The notes: generated by a model from the sequence alone, not told the origin. DNA of 64,000 nt from Verrucomicrobiota bacterium (GCA_047947115.1 CP170459.1:4000001-4064000), one strand, 5' to 3'; counted from the first letter of the stretch, positions 1 to 11,988 are shown. Made by a program: numbers and translations.

Positions 1-260
1 ATGAGGTGGTTCCAGGCTTTCAGGATTTGTGATTCAGAAGTTCGGTCTTCAATACGCAGAGTCTGCAACGCCTTATTTACCAGATCCGAAGCCTGGTCTG
101 GACGAAAAGCCATCAACTTTTCCTGATCTTCCGTATCAGCGCGATTCCATTGACGGAGAGCCTGCTGCCTGGCCAGTTCCTCCTTTGTCTTTTTGGAATC
201 TTTGTAGCCTTGCCGAAAGCGTTTCTTGTTTTCCGCATTCGATGGTTGTTTGTCGTCCAT
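1..260 (-). CDS. Probable DUF721/DciA-family protein, N-terminal part (runs off the window edge)
   Basis: Open minus-strand frame from ATG at 260 to the edge: MDDKQPSNAENKKRFRQGYK...LVNKALQTLRIEDRTSESQILKAWNHL. The 'L...L....I...W..L' segment resembles the start of the DUF721 domain. Not in the ORF track because it has no stop in the window. Confidence 0.55.
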   Translation of the reverse strand, partial: MDDKQPSNAENKKRFRQGYKDSKKTKEELARQQALRQWNRADTEDQEKLMAFRPDQASDLVNKALQTLRIEDRTSESQILKAWNHL

Positions 261-321
261 TTTTCTGCATCATACCGCCCAGGAGGTCCCTCAAGCGAGC
301 ATGTATTGACAATCTTCTCCT

Positions 322-1350
322 ATGACAGATTGGATTCAACACACCCACAAACTATGGCAATGGGAGAGTCAGCTGATTCTTTGGCTGCAGTCCCAGCCGC
401 CCCTATTTGTCGAAAGCATGCGATGGGTAAGTGAGTTGGGGCATCCCCCGGCCATGCTGACATTGATTCTCATTACTCATTGGGGATGGAAGGATGAAGC
501 TGGTATTCAGCTGGCGAAGTTTTTGACGCTGTGCGGATTAATTATGTGCTTGATGAAGGATTTCATCCTGGCGCCAAGACCCTTTTGGATACATCCCGAT
601 GTGCAGGCCCTCGGGAGTGCAGGTGGTTATGGGATGCCATCAGGACATGCCATGATGGCCTGTGTCTGGCTCATTGTCCTGCTTCATACACATCATGCCG
701 GAATAAAAATCTGGTCCATCGCAGTCATCCTCTCGACAGGACTGTCGCGTGTGACACTTGGGGTCCATAGTCCACTTCAAGTATTGGCAGGTTGGGCGAT
801 TGGTTGCTTCATATTGACATGGATCCGGATGAATACCTCAAGACCCGGTGCCGAAAAATCCCATAAATCTGCGGAATTGATGCGAGAAATGGTGGTTTTG
901 ACCTTGTTGGGCGGTATGACTTGGTTTGTTTATCAGCGTTTGATTGATTGGACCGTTCCGGAACCATGGCTGCGGATGGCTGCGGAGAAAACCGATGGAA
1001 CCGGGTCCATCCCGATCCCCAAGCCCAAAAGCGCCATTTACTACCTCTCCATGTCCATGGGACTTGCGATTTGGCATTGGGTGCGGATGGCATGTTGCGA
1101 TCAAACAACCATGGGAGGCACGATGAGACAGCGTATTGCGAGAGTTGTCACCGGGCTCATTCTCGGGGCAGGAACATATTACGTTTACAAAAAATCAAAT
1201 ATCAGCACCGAAGCCACCCCTCTGGTCTTGTATGCGGCGGGCGCGGCTGTAAGTTTCGTTTCCAGTTTCCTCTTGGCTCTTGGATTCCCCATATTGTTTC
1301 AAAGCATGGGTTGGACGTCGCAAGCCTCACACAGTGAACGGTCCTGTTGA
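322..1350 (+). CDS. PAP2-family membrane phosphatase
   Basis: Motifs K(6x)PRP (KDFILAPRP), PSGH and SRVTLGVH; several hydrophobic helices. Confidence 0.85.
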   Translation: MTDWIQHTHKLWQWESQLILWLQSQPPLFVESMRWVSELGHPPAMLTLILITHWGWKDEAGIQLAKFLTLCGLIMCLMKDFILAPRPFWIHPDVQALGSAGGYGMPSGHAMMACVWLIVLLHTHHAGIKIWSIAVILSTGLSRVTLGVHSPLQVLAGWAIGCFILTWIRMNTSRPGAEKSHKSAELMREMVVLTLLGGMTWFVYQRLIDWTVPEPWLRMAAEKTDGTGSIPIPKPKSAIYYLSMSMGLAIWHWVRMACCDQTTMGGTMRQRIARVVTGLILGAGTYYVYKKSNISTEATPLVLYAAGAAVSFVSSFLLALGFPILFQSMGWTSQASHSERSC

Positions 1351-1396
1351 TTTTCTACTTGTCGAATGGCCCCCGTCCAACGTGTAATAGGCATCG

Positions 1397-2191
1397 ATGA
1401 ATGAGAACCCCTTACAGACTCGCCCACCCCATCCAGTCAGGCAAATCGCGGCCTTCACTCTGATTGAGCTGTTGGTTGTCATTGCCATCATAGCCATTCT
1501 GGCGGGCATGCTCCTGCCTGCGCTTTCCAAGGCCAAGGAAGCAGCACGCAGCACCGTCTGCAAGAGTAATATGCGACAAATTACCCTGGGGATGCTTCTT
1601 TATGTGGATGATAACGATGATTACCTTCCCTGGTCCGGCAGCGTGGATCGCAACGAACCTCCGGACTGGGTTTTTGGCGGGCAGAACGACACCTATCCCG
1701 ACACCCCATCCCAATGGAAAAACAGAGGGTTCGGTTTCCATGCAGAATCGGGGTCCGTTTTTACGTACGTGACCGGGCAGGCACGGCTACCCTACTCGGA
1801 ACAACACACCAACGTGTATGATGTCTATCGCTGTCCGAGCACCAAAGCTCATGGCAAGGCGCTGAGGGTGAATTTCAGTATGAATTCAAAAATCGACCGC
1901 AATGAAAACCTGTTTGGGCGTCAGAACACTGGACCGAGAGGTGTCAAAGCCAGCGTGGTTCCCAGGCCGACAGAGAAGTTGTTGCTGCTCAATGAGGACC
2001 CGGCAACCATGAGAAACGCCAGTTTCACCCCCGGCGGCACTGCTGCCAGCGGAAACTTCGTGACGCACAATGGCAAAATCAATGTTGGTTTCATGGATGG
2101 CCACATCGAAGGTTGGAAAAACGACAAGGTTCATGAAGCTCAGCGAGGACGTGGGGAACGCATCTATTTCGATCCCTACTGGCAAGAGTGA
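1397..2191 (+). CDS. Prepilin-type N-terminal cleavage/methylation protein with H-X9-DG domain (DUF1559-like)
   Basis: [31 protein letters not shown] and C-terminal [13 protein letters not shown] (H-X9-DG). Confidence 0.9.
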   Translation: MNENPLQTRPPHPVRQIAAFTLIELLVVIAIIAILAGMLLPALSKAKEAARSTVCKSNMRQITLGMLLYVDDNDDYLPWSGSVDRNEPPDWVFGGQNDTYPDTPSQWKNRGFGFHAESGSVFTYVTGQARLPYSEQHTNVYDVYRCPSTKAHGKALRVNFSMNSKIDRNENLFGRQNTGPRGVKASVVPRPTEKLLLLNEDPATMRNASFTPGGTAASGNFVTHNGKINVGFMDGHIEGWKNDKVHEAQRGRGERIYFDPYWQE

Positions 2192-2393
2192 TTCGCCAGT
2201 CTGAACAACAGTGAAGAGACCAGATTGAACCATTTTTTGCAACGCAGCCCTGATCTCGTCGGAAAATCTGTGGCAGATGCATCAAAAGCACGTCAGCCGG
2301 GTTGCATTTAGCTTAAAGAAATTTTACCCTACTTCCCATCAGTTTGATCCGTTTATCAAAAAACAGTATCAGGAAACCATCTGATTAAGAACC

Positions 2394-3188
2394 ATGATTG
2401 GAGTCACAAGTCATCTGGACATGAGGGGGCGCCAAAGCGTCCTCGTTTTTCGTTTGTCGCTGCTGGCGTCTTGCATGTGTTTGTTGGCGTCCTGGATGGT
2501 CCGGGCTGACCAGAATCAATTCGACAATGCCAACAAGCTTTTCGAACAGGGACAATACGAACAATCCATCGAACAATATCAGGCCCTTCTTGACGCAGGC
2601 ACCCAAACCGCTGCCGTGCATTTCAATTTGGGCAACGCCTGGTTTCGTCAGGGTAATATCGGGCAGTCGGTGTATCATTACCTCATGGCACAGTCACTGG
2701 ACCCGCTGGATCCCGACATCAGCGCCAATCTCCGATTTGCACGGGACTCTGCCGGGTTGCCTTCAGGAGGTATTGTATCCCCTCTTTATCAATGGATTCG
2801 AAAAATTCCGCTCAATGCCTGGGCCGCTTTGACTCTGGCTCCATTGTGGATCTTCTGCCTGTTCAAAACCGTAGGATTTTATCGAGCCAGCCTCGCAGAT
2901 AAAACAGAATTAATCAGATCCGTTGCAGGTTGGCTGACTGTACCTGGAATGATCCTTCTTGGACTGATTGGCTGGATGGTTCAAAGCCACCACCCGGGTG
3001 TCATTGTTCAAGACAAGGCCGAACTGCATGCCAGTCCATTCAGCGATTCGAAAGTGCTCGTTGAGATGAAAGCGGGTGAAGAAGTGATGCTGATGGCAGT
3101 CAAGAATCAGTGGCAACAGATCAAAAATTCCAATGGTGACTTGGGGTGGTTGGAATCATCAAAACTTAAGTCCATCCCCATTCAATAA
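2394..3188 (+). CDS. TPR + SH3 domain protein (BatE-like)
   Basis: Signal peptide, TPR (FDNANKLFEQGQY..., FNLGNAWFRQG, ANLRFAR), two TM helices, C-terminal SH3b-like WQQIK...GWLE. Confidence 0.75.
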   Translation: MIGVTSHLDMRGRQSVLVFRLSLLASCMCLLASWMVRADQNQFDNANKLFEQGQYEQSIEQYQALLDAGTQTAAVHFNLGNAWFRQGNIGQSVYHYLMAQSLDPLDPDISANLRFARDSAGLPSGGIVSPLYQWIRKIPLNAWAALTLAPLWIFCLFKTVGFYRASLADKTELIRSVAGWLTVPGMILLGLIGWMVQSHHPGVIVQDKAELHASPFSDSKVLVEMKAGEEVMLMAVKNQWQQIKNSNGDLGWLESSKLKSIPIQ

Positions 3189-3206
3189 GCTTTTCGCCCC
3201 CCCATC

Positions 3207-4247
3207 ATGGCCTTTGCTGAATTGATTTCCCAGATTCCCACGCTCGATATTTTGAAGCGAAGCATCGAAAGAGGTCGGGTAGGTCATGCTTACCTGTTTA
3301 CCGGAGCGGATCGGACAGTGTTGGAAAGAGCCTCTCGCGCTTTCGCAAAAGTCATGAATTGCGAGGCAGCAGAAGCAAGAAACGGGGGGGAGTCTGCCAT
3401 CGTCGCCGAGTGTTGTGATCATTGCAGTTCCTGCGAACGCATTGAAGCCAATCACCATGGGGATGTACAGTGGATACGGCCTGAGTCAAAAATGCGCATC
3501 ATCACCATCCAGCAGATGCGGCAATTGATGGATACACTGCATTTAAAGCCCAATGATGCCCGTTACAAGGTCTGGACCATCGTAGACGCCGACCGCATGA
3601 ATCCGCAGTCGGCAAACGCTTTCCTCAAAACGCTGGAAGAACCTCCGGGCAATTCGTTGATGATCCTGCTCTCCACCCAGCCGGACCGGCTTCTGGACAC
3701 CATACGCAGCCGATGTTTGAGACTGAATTTCCCGGGCGAACAAACGGCGAGCCTTCGATCTGAGCACCAAGCCTGGCTGGAATCCTTAGCACAACAAGTG
3801 ACCGGCAAGGATTCGGGCATGCTTGATCGATACAAGGCACTGGACGTACTGATGGGGCAGTTGAGCGAGGCCAGATCCTCGATTGAAGACAGTTTAAGAG
3901 ATAGATTTTTATCAGATTTACCGGATGATGTGGACCCCAAAATGCTGGAGAAGCGGGATCTGGAATTGAAAGCCGCCGTGGAGGCGGAATATCGCCGAAA
4001 ACGTTCGGAACTCTTTACGGCGCTGGAATGGTGGTTGAGGGATGTGTGGATGTTGTCCATGCACGCGGACGCATCTTTTCTAACCTTTCCGGATCTCCAT
4101 GCCAGGAGCGCCGAATTAGCCTCACGCGTTGCAACCAAGCCTTTGCTTGAAAACATCCGCCTCCTGGAAAAACTGCAGCGCGCACTGCACACCAATGTGC
4201 AGGAATCTCTGGCCTTGGAAGTGCACCTGCTGAAACTGAATCTTTGA
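3207..4247 (+). CDS. holB: DNA polymerase III delta-prime subunit
   Basis: GRVGHAYLFTG, zinc cluster C..C.SC, HGDVQWIRPE, ANAFLKTLEEPP, TIRSRC. Confidence 0.9.
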   Translation: MAFAELISQIPTLDILKRSIERGRVGHAYLFTGADRTVLERASRAFAKVMNCEAAEARNGGESAIVAECCDHCSSCERIEANHHGDVQWIRPESKMRIITIQQMRQLMDTLHLKPNDARYKVWTIVDADRMNPQSANAFLKTLEEPPGNSLMILLSTQPDRLLDTIRSRCLRLNFPGEQTASLRSEHQAWLESLAQQVTGKDSGMLDRYKALDVLMGQLSEARSSIEDSLRDRFLSDLPDDVDPKMLEKRDLELKAAVEAEYRRKRSELFTALEWWLRDVWMLSMHADASFLTFPDLHARSAELASRVATKPLLENIRLLEKLQRALHTNVQESLALEVHLLKLNL

Positions 4248-4263
4248 AATTTTTTGATCCCTC

Positions 4264-5865
4264 ATGGCCAACGGCAAATCCGTCAATGGTAAAAAAACAT
4301 CTTCGAGCCCCGATTCCTTTAACCAGAAGGAATCAAGCTTGAGGTCATCTGCGTCCCTGACTGTGGCGGACGTTCGGCTCAGGTTGCTTGCGTGGTGTTC
4401 AGGGCTTCTCCTGATGTTCGGGTTGCTCAAGTTCGGCACCCCCGTCATCCTGCAGGATCAAATCGAATCGCCTCAGGGTTTGATACAATGGCTCTTCTTC
4501 CCTTGGCCAATCCAGACTGCTTACATGATGTTTGCCGTTCTGGGCATGGCTGCGGTTCGCATGCTTCCTTTCAGAGTCAAAGCCATGCCCAAATGGTTGT
4601 GGCTGCCCCTGGCATGGTTGGCTTGGCAGTTCGCATCCGCCTTTTTCACCATCGATCAAAAGTTGACGCACATGGTGCTCGCACACTTCATGGTTCTGGT
4701 CGGATTGTTTTACATCGGTTTTTTCATGCTTTCCAAAAACACCCGCCTCAAAGGAGTTGCAGGACCGGCCACTTTCGGTTTAATCCTTGCGATGTGGACC
4801 GCCACCGAACAAAAGTTCGGCGGACTCGAAGCCACGAAACAAGCCATCCCTCAATCTCCCTATTTCGACACAGGGATGACATGGAACCAGGTGTATCCCC
4901 AAGCGTTTTTGGAGAAAACCATCGAAGATCAAGCGTGGCTCCAAAGCCTTCGTGCCGATGAAGACATGCTGCAGCAGACGGCACAATCTCTGGGGCTGGT
5001 GCCTCTTTTAAACCCCCAGGGAGCAAAAGAATCTCAATTGGAGCGAGATCTGGCTTTCCTTGAGAAAATCGGAAAAAACCGAGTCTTTGGCACCTTTGGT
5101 GGTTACCCCAATGCCCTGGCGGCTGCCATCTGGTTGTTGCTGCCTATGAGCTTGGTTTGCATCTGGCAGATGACGCATCGGCTTCAGAAACCTTCGCGAG
5201 CTCTGATCACCGGTCTGGTGGCTGTCTGGGCCGTGGCTTGTGTGGTCTGGTCAGGTTCCAAAGGGGGGTGGTTGATCGGGATGTTGTCGGTCGGCCTGTT
5301 GTTTTTACTCTCCAGAGTTTCCAGAAGAGTCAAAGCGGCGCTTGTGCTGTCTCTGGTCATTGGTGGCAGTTTCGCGTTTGCCTGGAAATATCAGGCCTAC
5401 TTTGAAAAAGGCGCCACCAGCGTGGGAGCTCGATTCGAATATTGGAAGGCCGGGTGGCACACCAGCTTCGAGCACCCCCTGCTTGGTTCCGGTCCCGGCA
5501 CCTTCATGAGGGCCTTTGCCAAGGTCAAGCCGGATGACGCAGAAATGACGCGACTCACTCACAACGATTACCTGCAACAAGCATCCGATGCGGGGTGGCC
5601 TTCCGCGATCATGTATCTGTTATGGATTGGGGGATCTCTCTGGATCATGCGACCAAAATCGCTCGCCAATAATCTCGTTTACGAAATGGTTTGGATCGGT
5701 CTTGTTGCATTGGCATTCCAGAACACCATCGAATTTGGACTATACATCCCCGCCTTGTCATGGCCATTTTTCCTATTGTTAGGTTGGTTATGGGGGCAAC
5801 GCTTACCGCAGCCAGGGCCAAAACCTGCTTTCGACCAGGCTTCATCCGACCTTGCCTCTTCCTGA
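4264..5865 (+). CDS. O-antigen ligase (Wzy_C) family membrane protein
   Basis: Polytopic; RVFGTFGGYPNALA, SGSKGG, R...W, HPLLGSGPGTF, HNDYLQ motifs. Confidence 0.85.
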   Translation: MANGKSVNGKKTSSSPDSFNQKESSLRSSASLTVADVRLRLLAWCSGLLLMFGLLKFGTPVILQDQIESPQGLIQWLFFPWPIQTAYMMFAVLGMAAVRMLPFRVKAMPKWLWLPLAWLAWQFASAFFTIDQKLTHMVLAHFMVLVGLFYIGFFMLSKNTRLKGVAGPATFGLILAMWTATEQKFGGLEATKQAIPQSPYFDTGMTWNQVYPQAFLEKTIEDQAWLQSLRADEDMLQQTAQSLGLVPLLNPQGAKESQLERDLAFLEKIGKNRVFGTFGGYPNALAAAIWLLLPMSLVCIWQMTHRLQKPSRALITGLVAVWAVACVVWSGSKGGWLIGMLSVGLLFLLSRVSRRVKAALVLSLVIGGSFAFAWKYQAYFEKGATSVGARFEYWKAGWHTSFEHPLLGSGPGTFMRAFAKVKPDDAEMTRLTHNDYLQQASDAGWPSAIMYLLWIGGSLWIMRPKSLANNLVYEMVWIGLVALAFQNTIEFGLYIPALSWPFFLLLGWLWGQRLPQPGPKPAFDQASSDLASS

Positions 5866-6107
5866 TTTCAAAGTCCCCTGACAGACCGTCATGCCTTAAC
5901 GGACTTCAAGCATCCGGGGAGTGTTTGAAGACCATTAATTCCTCACGTTTCCAAGGAAATTTTGGAATTCCCTTTACATCTGAATCTGAGCTTGCAGCCT
6001 AGGAGAGCACAGTTACTCAGGCGGGAGCCGTCCTTTATCGTTAAAAATTTCCATCCAACAAATGACAACATCAAATCATCAGTAAAGAAAAGAAGCAGAT
6101 CATATAC

Positions 6108-6908
6108 ATGCAACCAACTTCCAAACAACGTTACCGCGTCCAATTTCCACCTAAGGACGCACACAATCTGGATCAGGACGAAGTCGTGTTCCACATTATT
6201 GAATCCGGCAATCAAAAAGTGCCGATTCGGTTCCATGACTACGATCAAATCTACCTTCGTCCGGGACTCTACGAGCAGCTTTTTTATGATCGCCTCAAGT
6301 GCACCTCTCCGACAACCGTGGCTCAACTGTTGGAAAGCGCCCTACAAACAGTGAGGGAGCCTATTACAGAACTGCGCGTGCTGGATCTGGGGGCGGGAAA
6401 CGGAATGATGGGTGAGGTGCTGAAAAAGCGTCACGGTGTGGCTCGCCTGGTGGGAGCTGACATCATTCCGGAAGCTCGCGATGCCGCTTATCGGGATCGC
6501 CCGTATGTTTATGACGAGTATTACGTCTCTGATTTTTGTAATCTTGACAAGGATGACAAGCAACAGTTGGAGGAATGGACGTTCAATTGCCTGACTTCGT
6601 TGGCAGCACTGGGATTTGGAGATATTCCGCCAAAAGCCTTTTTTCAGGCCTTACAACTTATTTCCAACAAAGGCTGGGTGGCTTTCAATATCAAGGAAAC
6701 GTTCCTGGATCACACAGACCAAACCGGGTTTTCCAAGTTTATCCGTGAATTGATCTTTTCCAAGTTTCTTGATGTTTATCATATCGAACGATACCGCCAC
6801 CGCTTGTCCATGGAGGGAACCCCATTGTATTATTTCGCTTTGGTGGGGCAGAAAGCGGCTCAGATTCCCGAGGACTTCCTGGAATCCATCGGTGTGTTGG
6901 ACGGGTAA
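6108..6908 (+). CDS. Class I SAM-dependent methyltransferase
   Basis: Motif I VLDLGAGNG followed by LVGADI. Confidence 0.75.
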   Translation: MQPTSKQRYRVQFPPKDAHNLDQDEVVFHIIESGNQKVPIRFHDYDQIYLRPGLYEQLFYDRLKCTSPTTVAQLLESALQTVREPITELRVLDLGAGNGMMGEVLKKRHGVARLVGADIIPEARDAAYRDRPYVYDEYYVSDFCNLDKDDKQQLEEWTFNCLTSLAALGFGDIPPKAFFQALQLISNKGWVAFNIKETFLDHTDQTGFSKFIRELIFSKFLDVYHIERYRHRLSMEGTPLYYFALVGQKAAQIPEDFLESIGVLDG

Positions 6909-7085
6909 CTTGGCTCGATCAAACGCTTTGAGTGCGCTTGTTGAATAGAAAAACAGGCTCTCCTAAAACGCGGATCAGACTGATCTGACAGTTCAGTCTG
7001 ATCCTGCCGATCAAAAACCTCCCCGCTTTCCCCGCTTGCACTGGCCGCATTCTTTTTTTAGCCTGTGTGCGTACCATTATTTGCC

Positions 7086-9647
7086 ATGAAACAGGGTTTT
7101 TTCTCAATGTTGCTGAATGTGGGCATCCGCCTGAACGTTGTCTTGCTGATAGGGGCTCCCCTGCTCTTGGCTGATCCATCTTCTTCGTCAAACATCGACT
7201 TCTCCCGCGAAATCCTTCCCATATTGTCCGACGCCTGTTTCCAATGTCACGGACCCGATTCCAAATCACGCAAAGCGGATCTAAGGCTCGATGTCGAGGA
7301 AAGCACCAAACGCCTATCCGACGCAGGAATACCGATCATCGATCCAGGTAGTGCGGACCACAGTGATCTGATTCAGCGGCTGATCACCAAGGATCCGGAC
7401 GACTTGATGCCTCCCTCTGAGTTGGATCGACCACTCGACGAGGAAAAAATCGAAAAGATCAGGGACTGGATCAACCAGGGGGCTCCCTGGGGGAAACATT
7501 GGTCATTGAATCCCATTGAACGTCCAACGCCGCCTACATCTGGAATGCATCCAATCGATGCGTTTGTTGACCGGACTCTGGAAACCGAAGGATTGAAAGC
7601 CCAACCTGCGGCCGATCGTCGGACCTTGATTCGGCGTTTGGCTTTGGATTTGACCGGGCTTCCTCCCACTGAGCGGGAAGTTGAAGACATTTTGAATGAT
7701 GGCACGCCGTTCTGGTGGGAAAACGCCATCGATCGATACCTTGCATCTCCCGCATATGGAGAGCGAATGGCATGGAACTGGTTGGATGCGGCGCGTTATG
7801 CCGATTCAAATGGTTACCAGGGCGATCGTGAGCGTACCATGTGGCCATGGCGGGACTGGGTGGTTCAAGCGTTCAACAAAAACCTGCCCTGGGACGATTT
7901 TACGGTGTGGCAGTTGGCGGGCGACTTGTTACCGGATGCGACCCATGAACAACAACTGGCAACCGGTTTCTGTCGTAACCACATGATCAACGGTGAAGGT
8001 GGTCGTATTCCTGAGGAGAACAGGGTGGATTATGTCATGGACATGACTGAAACCATGGGAACCGTCTGGTTGGGAGCCACTCTCAGCTGTGCCCGATGCC
8101 ATGATCATAAATTCGATGCCTATACCCGAAAGGAGTATTACCAGTTCTTCGATTTCTTTAACCAGACCCCCGTCACTGGAGGTGGAGGCGATCCTCAAAC
8201 ACGCCCCGTGCTGGCTGTGCCCTCTGTGGCCCAAACGAAGGACATTGCGGAAGCCAAAAGTGATCTTCAGTTAAAATCAGATGATTTTGATGTCGTGATG
8301 AGGAAGTATGCTTCAGACCGAAGCACATGGGAATCGTCACGGTTACATGAACTTGAAACAGCATTGTCAAAGAACGACTCCACTCAGGAAGAAAAGCTCA
8401 AGGAGTTTTTGTTTTTGAAGGAAGCCTTGGGCAAATCTGAAGACGAACGCTCAGACGAACAAAAGAAACAGATCAAGGAGGACTGGATCGCAAGCATTCC
8501 CGAACTCTCACATGCTCGTCAACAAAGAGATCAAGCTGGAGATCGATTAAGCAAACTTGAATCCGCCGTCCCCAAAGTCATGATCATGGAGGACATGGAA
8601 AAACGACGTGTCACCCCCACGTTGGAGCGCGGTCTGTATAATGTCACAGGCGATCCGGTATCTGCAGCCGTTCCGGCCTCCCTGCCCTCATTGGATGTTC
8701 AGGGTGCCATTCCGAATCGCCTGGATCTTGCCAGGTGGTTGATTCGAAGGGATCACCCTTTGACAGCCCGCGTAACCGTCAACCGATTCTGGCAGCAGTT
8801 GTTCGGGATTGGACTGGTCAAGACCGCCGAAGATTTTGGAGTTCAAGGCGAATTTCCCCGCCATATCGAGTTACTGGACTGGTTGTCCGCCGAGTTCATT
8901 GAATCCGGATGGAATGTTAAACACCTGATGAAAACAATCCTGACCAGTGCAACCTATCAGCGCAGTTCCGTCACCACCCCCGAATTGAATGAAGCGGATC
9001 CGGACAACCGACTCTTCGCCCGTGCAGCGCGTTTTCGACTTCCATCCTGGATACTGAGGGATCAGGCACTGGCTGCAGCCGGTCTTCTGGACACGACCAT
9101 TGGAGGAGCGCCAGTGAACGGATATCAGCCGGACGGCGTCTGGGAAGATGCCACGTTTGGTAACAAGAAATACCGTCGGGATACCGGTCGAAGATTGTAT
9201 CGCCGCAGTCTCTACACCTTCTGGCGTCGCATTGTGGCCCCAACCCTGTTCTTTGACACCGCATCGCGCCAGACCTGCATGGTCAACGCCACACTGACGA
9301 ACAGCCCGTTGCATGCCCTGACCACCATGAATGACACTGGATTTGTCGAAGCCGCCCGTGGATTGGCGGTTCGGGCCATGACCAGTTCGGATGCCGGAGG
9401 GGACATGTTGGACCGCATCTACCGGTATCTGCTTCCACGCTCTCCTTCCGAAGAAGAACGCGGGATTTGGTCCAATAGTTTCAATCGCGCCCGACAGTTT
9501 TTTGAAGCAAATCCTGATGAAACCAAAGCTTGGCTGTCTCATGGTGAAAACAAAGTGCCATCCCATCTTGAGATATCGGACGTTGCAGCCTGGGCCACGG
9601 TCTGCCTTGGAATACTCAACCTGGATGAAACCCTGAACCGCGAATAA
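7086..9647 (+). CDS. Planctomycete cytochrome c (PSCyt1) + DUF1549/DUF1553 (PSD1) protein
   Basis: DFSREILPILSDACFQCHG, LMPP, HPIDAF, LIRRLALDLTGLPP, YGERMAWNWLDAARYADSNG, CARCHDHKFD, HPLTARVTVNRFWQ, ILNLDE. Start uncertain (7065/7086/7107). Confidence 0.9.
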   Translation: MKQGFFSMLLNVGIRLNVVLLIGAPLLLADPSSSSNIDFSREILPILSDACFQCHGPDSKSRKADLRLDVEESTKRLSDAGIPIIDPGSADHSDLIQRLITKDPDDLMPPSELDRPLDEEKIEKIRDWINQGAPWGKHWSLNPIERPTPPTSGMHPIDAFVDRTLETEGLKAQPAADRRTLIRRLALDLTGLPPTEREVEDILNDGTPFWWENAIDRYLASPAYGERMAWNWLDAARYADSNGYQGDRERTMWPWRDWVVQAFNKNLPWDDFTVWQLAGDLLPDATHEQQLATGFCRNHMINGEGGRIPEENRVDYVMDMTETMGTVWLGATLSCARCHDHKFDAYTRKEYYQFFDFFNQTPVTGGGGDPQTRPVLAVPSVAQTKDIAEAKSDLQLKSDDFDVVMRKYASDRSTWESSRLHELETALSKNDSTQEEKLKEFLFLKEALGKSEDERSDEQKKQIKEDWIASIPELSHARQQRDQAGDRLSKLESAVPKVMIMEDMEKRRVTPTLERGLYNVTGDPVSAAVPASLPSLDVQGAIPNRLDLARWLIRRDHPLTARVTVNRFWQQLFGIGLVKTAEDFGVQGEFPRHIELLDWLSAEFIESGWNVKHLMKTILTSATYQRSSVTTPELNEADPDNRLFARAARFRLPSWILRDQALAAAGLLDTTIGGAPVNGYQPDGVWEDATFGNKKYRRDTGRRLYRRSLYTFWRRIVAPTLFFDTASRQTCMVNATLTNSPLHALTTMNDTGFVEAARGLAVRAMTSSDAGGDMLDRIYRYLLPRSPSEEERGIWSNSFNRARQFFEANPDETKAWLSHGENKVPSHLEISDVAAWATVCLGILNLDETLNRE

Positions 9648-9658
9648 GTTCAAACGAC

Positions 9659-11146
9659 ATGATACCACCCACCCCAGCGGCAATAGAAAGAGGCTTAAGA
9701 ACCAATCGTCGCCATTTCTTCGCTCGTAATGCAACCGGCATCGGCACCGCCGCACTGGCATCCCTGCTCGACAAGGAGGGACTCATGGCGACAGAAAACC
9801 ATACCGAACCAAAATCGGGCATGCCCGGGTTGCCATCGATTCCTCATTTTGCGGGCAAAGCCAAGCGCATTATCTACCTGTTCCAGAACGGGGCTCCGAC
9901 CCACGTTGATTTGTTTGATTACAAACCAGGCATCATCAAGCAACACGGAAACCCAGTGCCTGAATCCTACTTCCAAGGCAAACGATTCAGCACCATGACA
10001 GGCGACCCAACGGGTAAACTCATGTTGCAACCCGTTGAACCCTTCAAGCAGCGGGGACAAAGTGGAGCATGGGTCAGTGAGTTCATGCCCCATACCGCCA
10101 GGATTGCGGATCAACTGTGTTTCGTGAAAAGCATGCACACCGACGCGGTGAACCATGCCCCTGCCATTTCCTTCTTTCTCAGCGGCGCTCAAATACCCGG
10201 AAGACCGACACTGGGAGCCTGGATGACCTATGGCCTGGGAGTGGAAAGTGACAACTTGCCCGGTTTTGTCGTCATGACTTCGGTGAGTAAAGGCACGACC
10301 TGTGGTCAGATTTTTTATGATTTTTACTGGGGTTCCGGTTTCCTTCCTTCCAAATACCAGGGCGTCAAGTTTCGTGGAGGCGGAAGTCCTGTTCTCTACA
10401 TTGAAGATCCGGCCGGGATGACTTCTTCTTTGAAACGTGGACTTTTGGATGACATCGGTAAAGTGAACCGATTGAAAATGAACCAAATTGGAGATCCGGA
10501 AATTGAAACGCGCATCGCCCAATACGAAATGGCCTACCGCATGCAAACGGGTGTCCCGGAATTGACAGATATCCGTCAAGAACCCCAGCACGTTCTCGAC
10601 CTTTATGGCCCACAGGTCAAGGAGCAAGGCACGTTTGCCTACAATTGCCTGATGGCTCGCCGACTGATTGAACGCGGGACTCGTTACGTGCAGGTGATGC
10701 ATGCGGGATGGGATCAACACAACAGCCTGACCACAGAACTTTACACCCAATGCAAAGACACTGACCAACCCAGCGCAGGACTGATCATTGACCTGCAACA
10801 ACGCGGTTTGCTGGAAGATACTTTGGTTGTCTGGGGGGGGGAGTTTGGACGCACGCCGTTCATTCAGGGTGACATCAACAACCGTCCGAAATGGGGACGT
10901 GATCATCATCCTTACGCCTTCACGGTCTGGATGGCTGGAGGTGGCATCAAACCGGGTGTTTCTTATGGAGCCTCGGATGAACTGGCCATGAATGCCGTGG
11001 AAAACCCCGTACACGTCCATGACCTGCAGGCCACCCTGCTCCATCAACTCGGCATCGATCACGAACGGTTAACCTATAGATTCCAGGGCCGCTATTACCG
11101 GCTCACCGACATCCATGGAAACGTTGTGAAGGACATCCTCTCATGA
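9659..11146 (+). CDS. DUF1501 family protein (Tat-exported)
   Basis: Twin-arginine [59 protein letters not shown]. Confidence 0.92.
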   Translation: MIPPTPAAIERGLRTNRRHFFARNATGIGTAALASLLDKEGLMATENHTEPKSGMPGLPSIPHFAGKAKRIIYLFQNGAPTHVDLFDYKPGIIKQHGNPVPESYFQGKRFSTMTGDPTGKLMLQPVEPFKQRGQSGAWVSEFMPHTARIADQLCFVKSMHTDAVNHAPAISFFLSGAQIPGRPTLGAWMTYGLGVESDNLPGFVVMTSVSKGTTCGQIFYDFYWGSGFLPSKYQGVKFRGGGSPVLYIEDPAGMTSSLKRGLLDDIGKVNRLKMNQIGDPEIETRIAQYEMAYRMQTGVPELTDIRQEPQHVLDLYGPQVKEQGTFAYNCLMARRLIERGTRYVQVMHAGWDQHNSLTTELYTQCKDTDQPSAGLIIDLQQRGLLEDTLVVWGGEFGRTPFIQGDINNRPKWGRDHHPYAFTVWMAGGGIKPGVSYGASDELAMNAVENPVHVHDLQATLLHQLGIDHERLTYRFQGRYYRLTDIHGNVVKDILS

Positions 11147-11988
11147 AATTCCCAATGATCAACACATCCAGGCCATCCGGGTTTACCCTCATCGAACTGC
11201 TCGTCGTCATAGCGATCATAGCCATCCTTGCCGGCATGCTTCTGCCAGCTTTGGGTAAAGCCAAACAGAAGGCTCATGGCATCTTTTGCATGAATAATCA
11301 CAAGCAGTTGACGCTTGGCTGGATGATGTATGCGGAAGACAATGAAGGCAATCTCCCTGCATCTTCCAACCAGGCATGGCTCAAAGGCCCAGAATGGACC
11401 GGAGGCGGCAACCTGGTGCTCCCCTGCAGTGGAGCAGACGATCACGACCCCAATGCTCCCGACAGCATCAAGGACAGTCCGCTCTGGTCTTATCTGAACT
11501 CCGAAACAGTGTTCAAATGCCCAGCCGATAAAAGCGCCTGTCGAGTGAATGGACAATTGATCCCACGCGTTCGCAGCATGTCGATGAACATGTGGCTGAA
11601 TGGTCCTGGTTGGGGCACTGCGCGCGGAGAAAACGGAAGAGGCTGGAAAAAGTTCTTCAAAATTGATTCCATCAATGATCCGGGCCCTTCCGAAACCTTT
11701 GTGTTCCTGGATGAACGCGAAGACAGTATCAACGATGGAACTTTTGTAGTGGACATGGCGGGATTTCGATCTGCGCCAAATCAATATCGCATCATCGACT
11801 ACCCTGCATCCTATCACAACGCAGCCGGTGGATTCTCCTTTGCCGATGGACATTCGGAGATTAAAAAATGGATTGATCCCCGGACGATGCCCTCCCTGAC
11901 CAAAGGGCAGGAAATTCCGCTCAATATTCCATCACCAGGCAACCCTGATGTTGCCTGGATGCAGGAAAAAGCCACGCGGCCGGAATGA
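11143..11988 (+). CDS. Prepilin-type cleavage/methylation protein with H-X9-DG domain
   Basis: [61 protein letters not shown] overlaps with both neighbours. Confidence 0.9.
   Translation: MKFPMINTSRPSGFTLIELLVVIAIIAILAGMLLPALGKAKQKAHGIFCMNNHKQLTLGWMMYAEDNEGNLPASSNQAWLKGPEWTGGGNLVLPCSGADDHDPNAPDSIKDSPLWSYLNSETVFKCPADKSACRVNGQLIPRVRSMSMNMWLNGPGWGTARGENGRGWKKFFKIDSINDPGPSETFVFLDEREDSINDGTFVVDMAGFRSAPNQYRIIDYPASYHNAAGGFSFADGHSEIKKWIDPRTMPSLTKGQEIPLNIPSPGNPDVAWMQEKATRPE

Noticed and set aside
9695..11062. 455-aa antisense ORF
   Set aside because: Entirely opposite the well-supported DUF1501 gene, no recognisable motifs; typical shadow ORF
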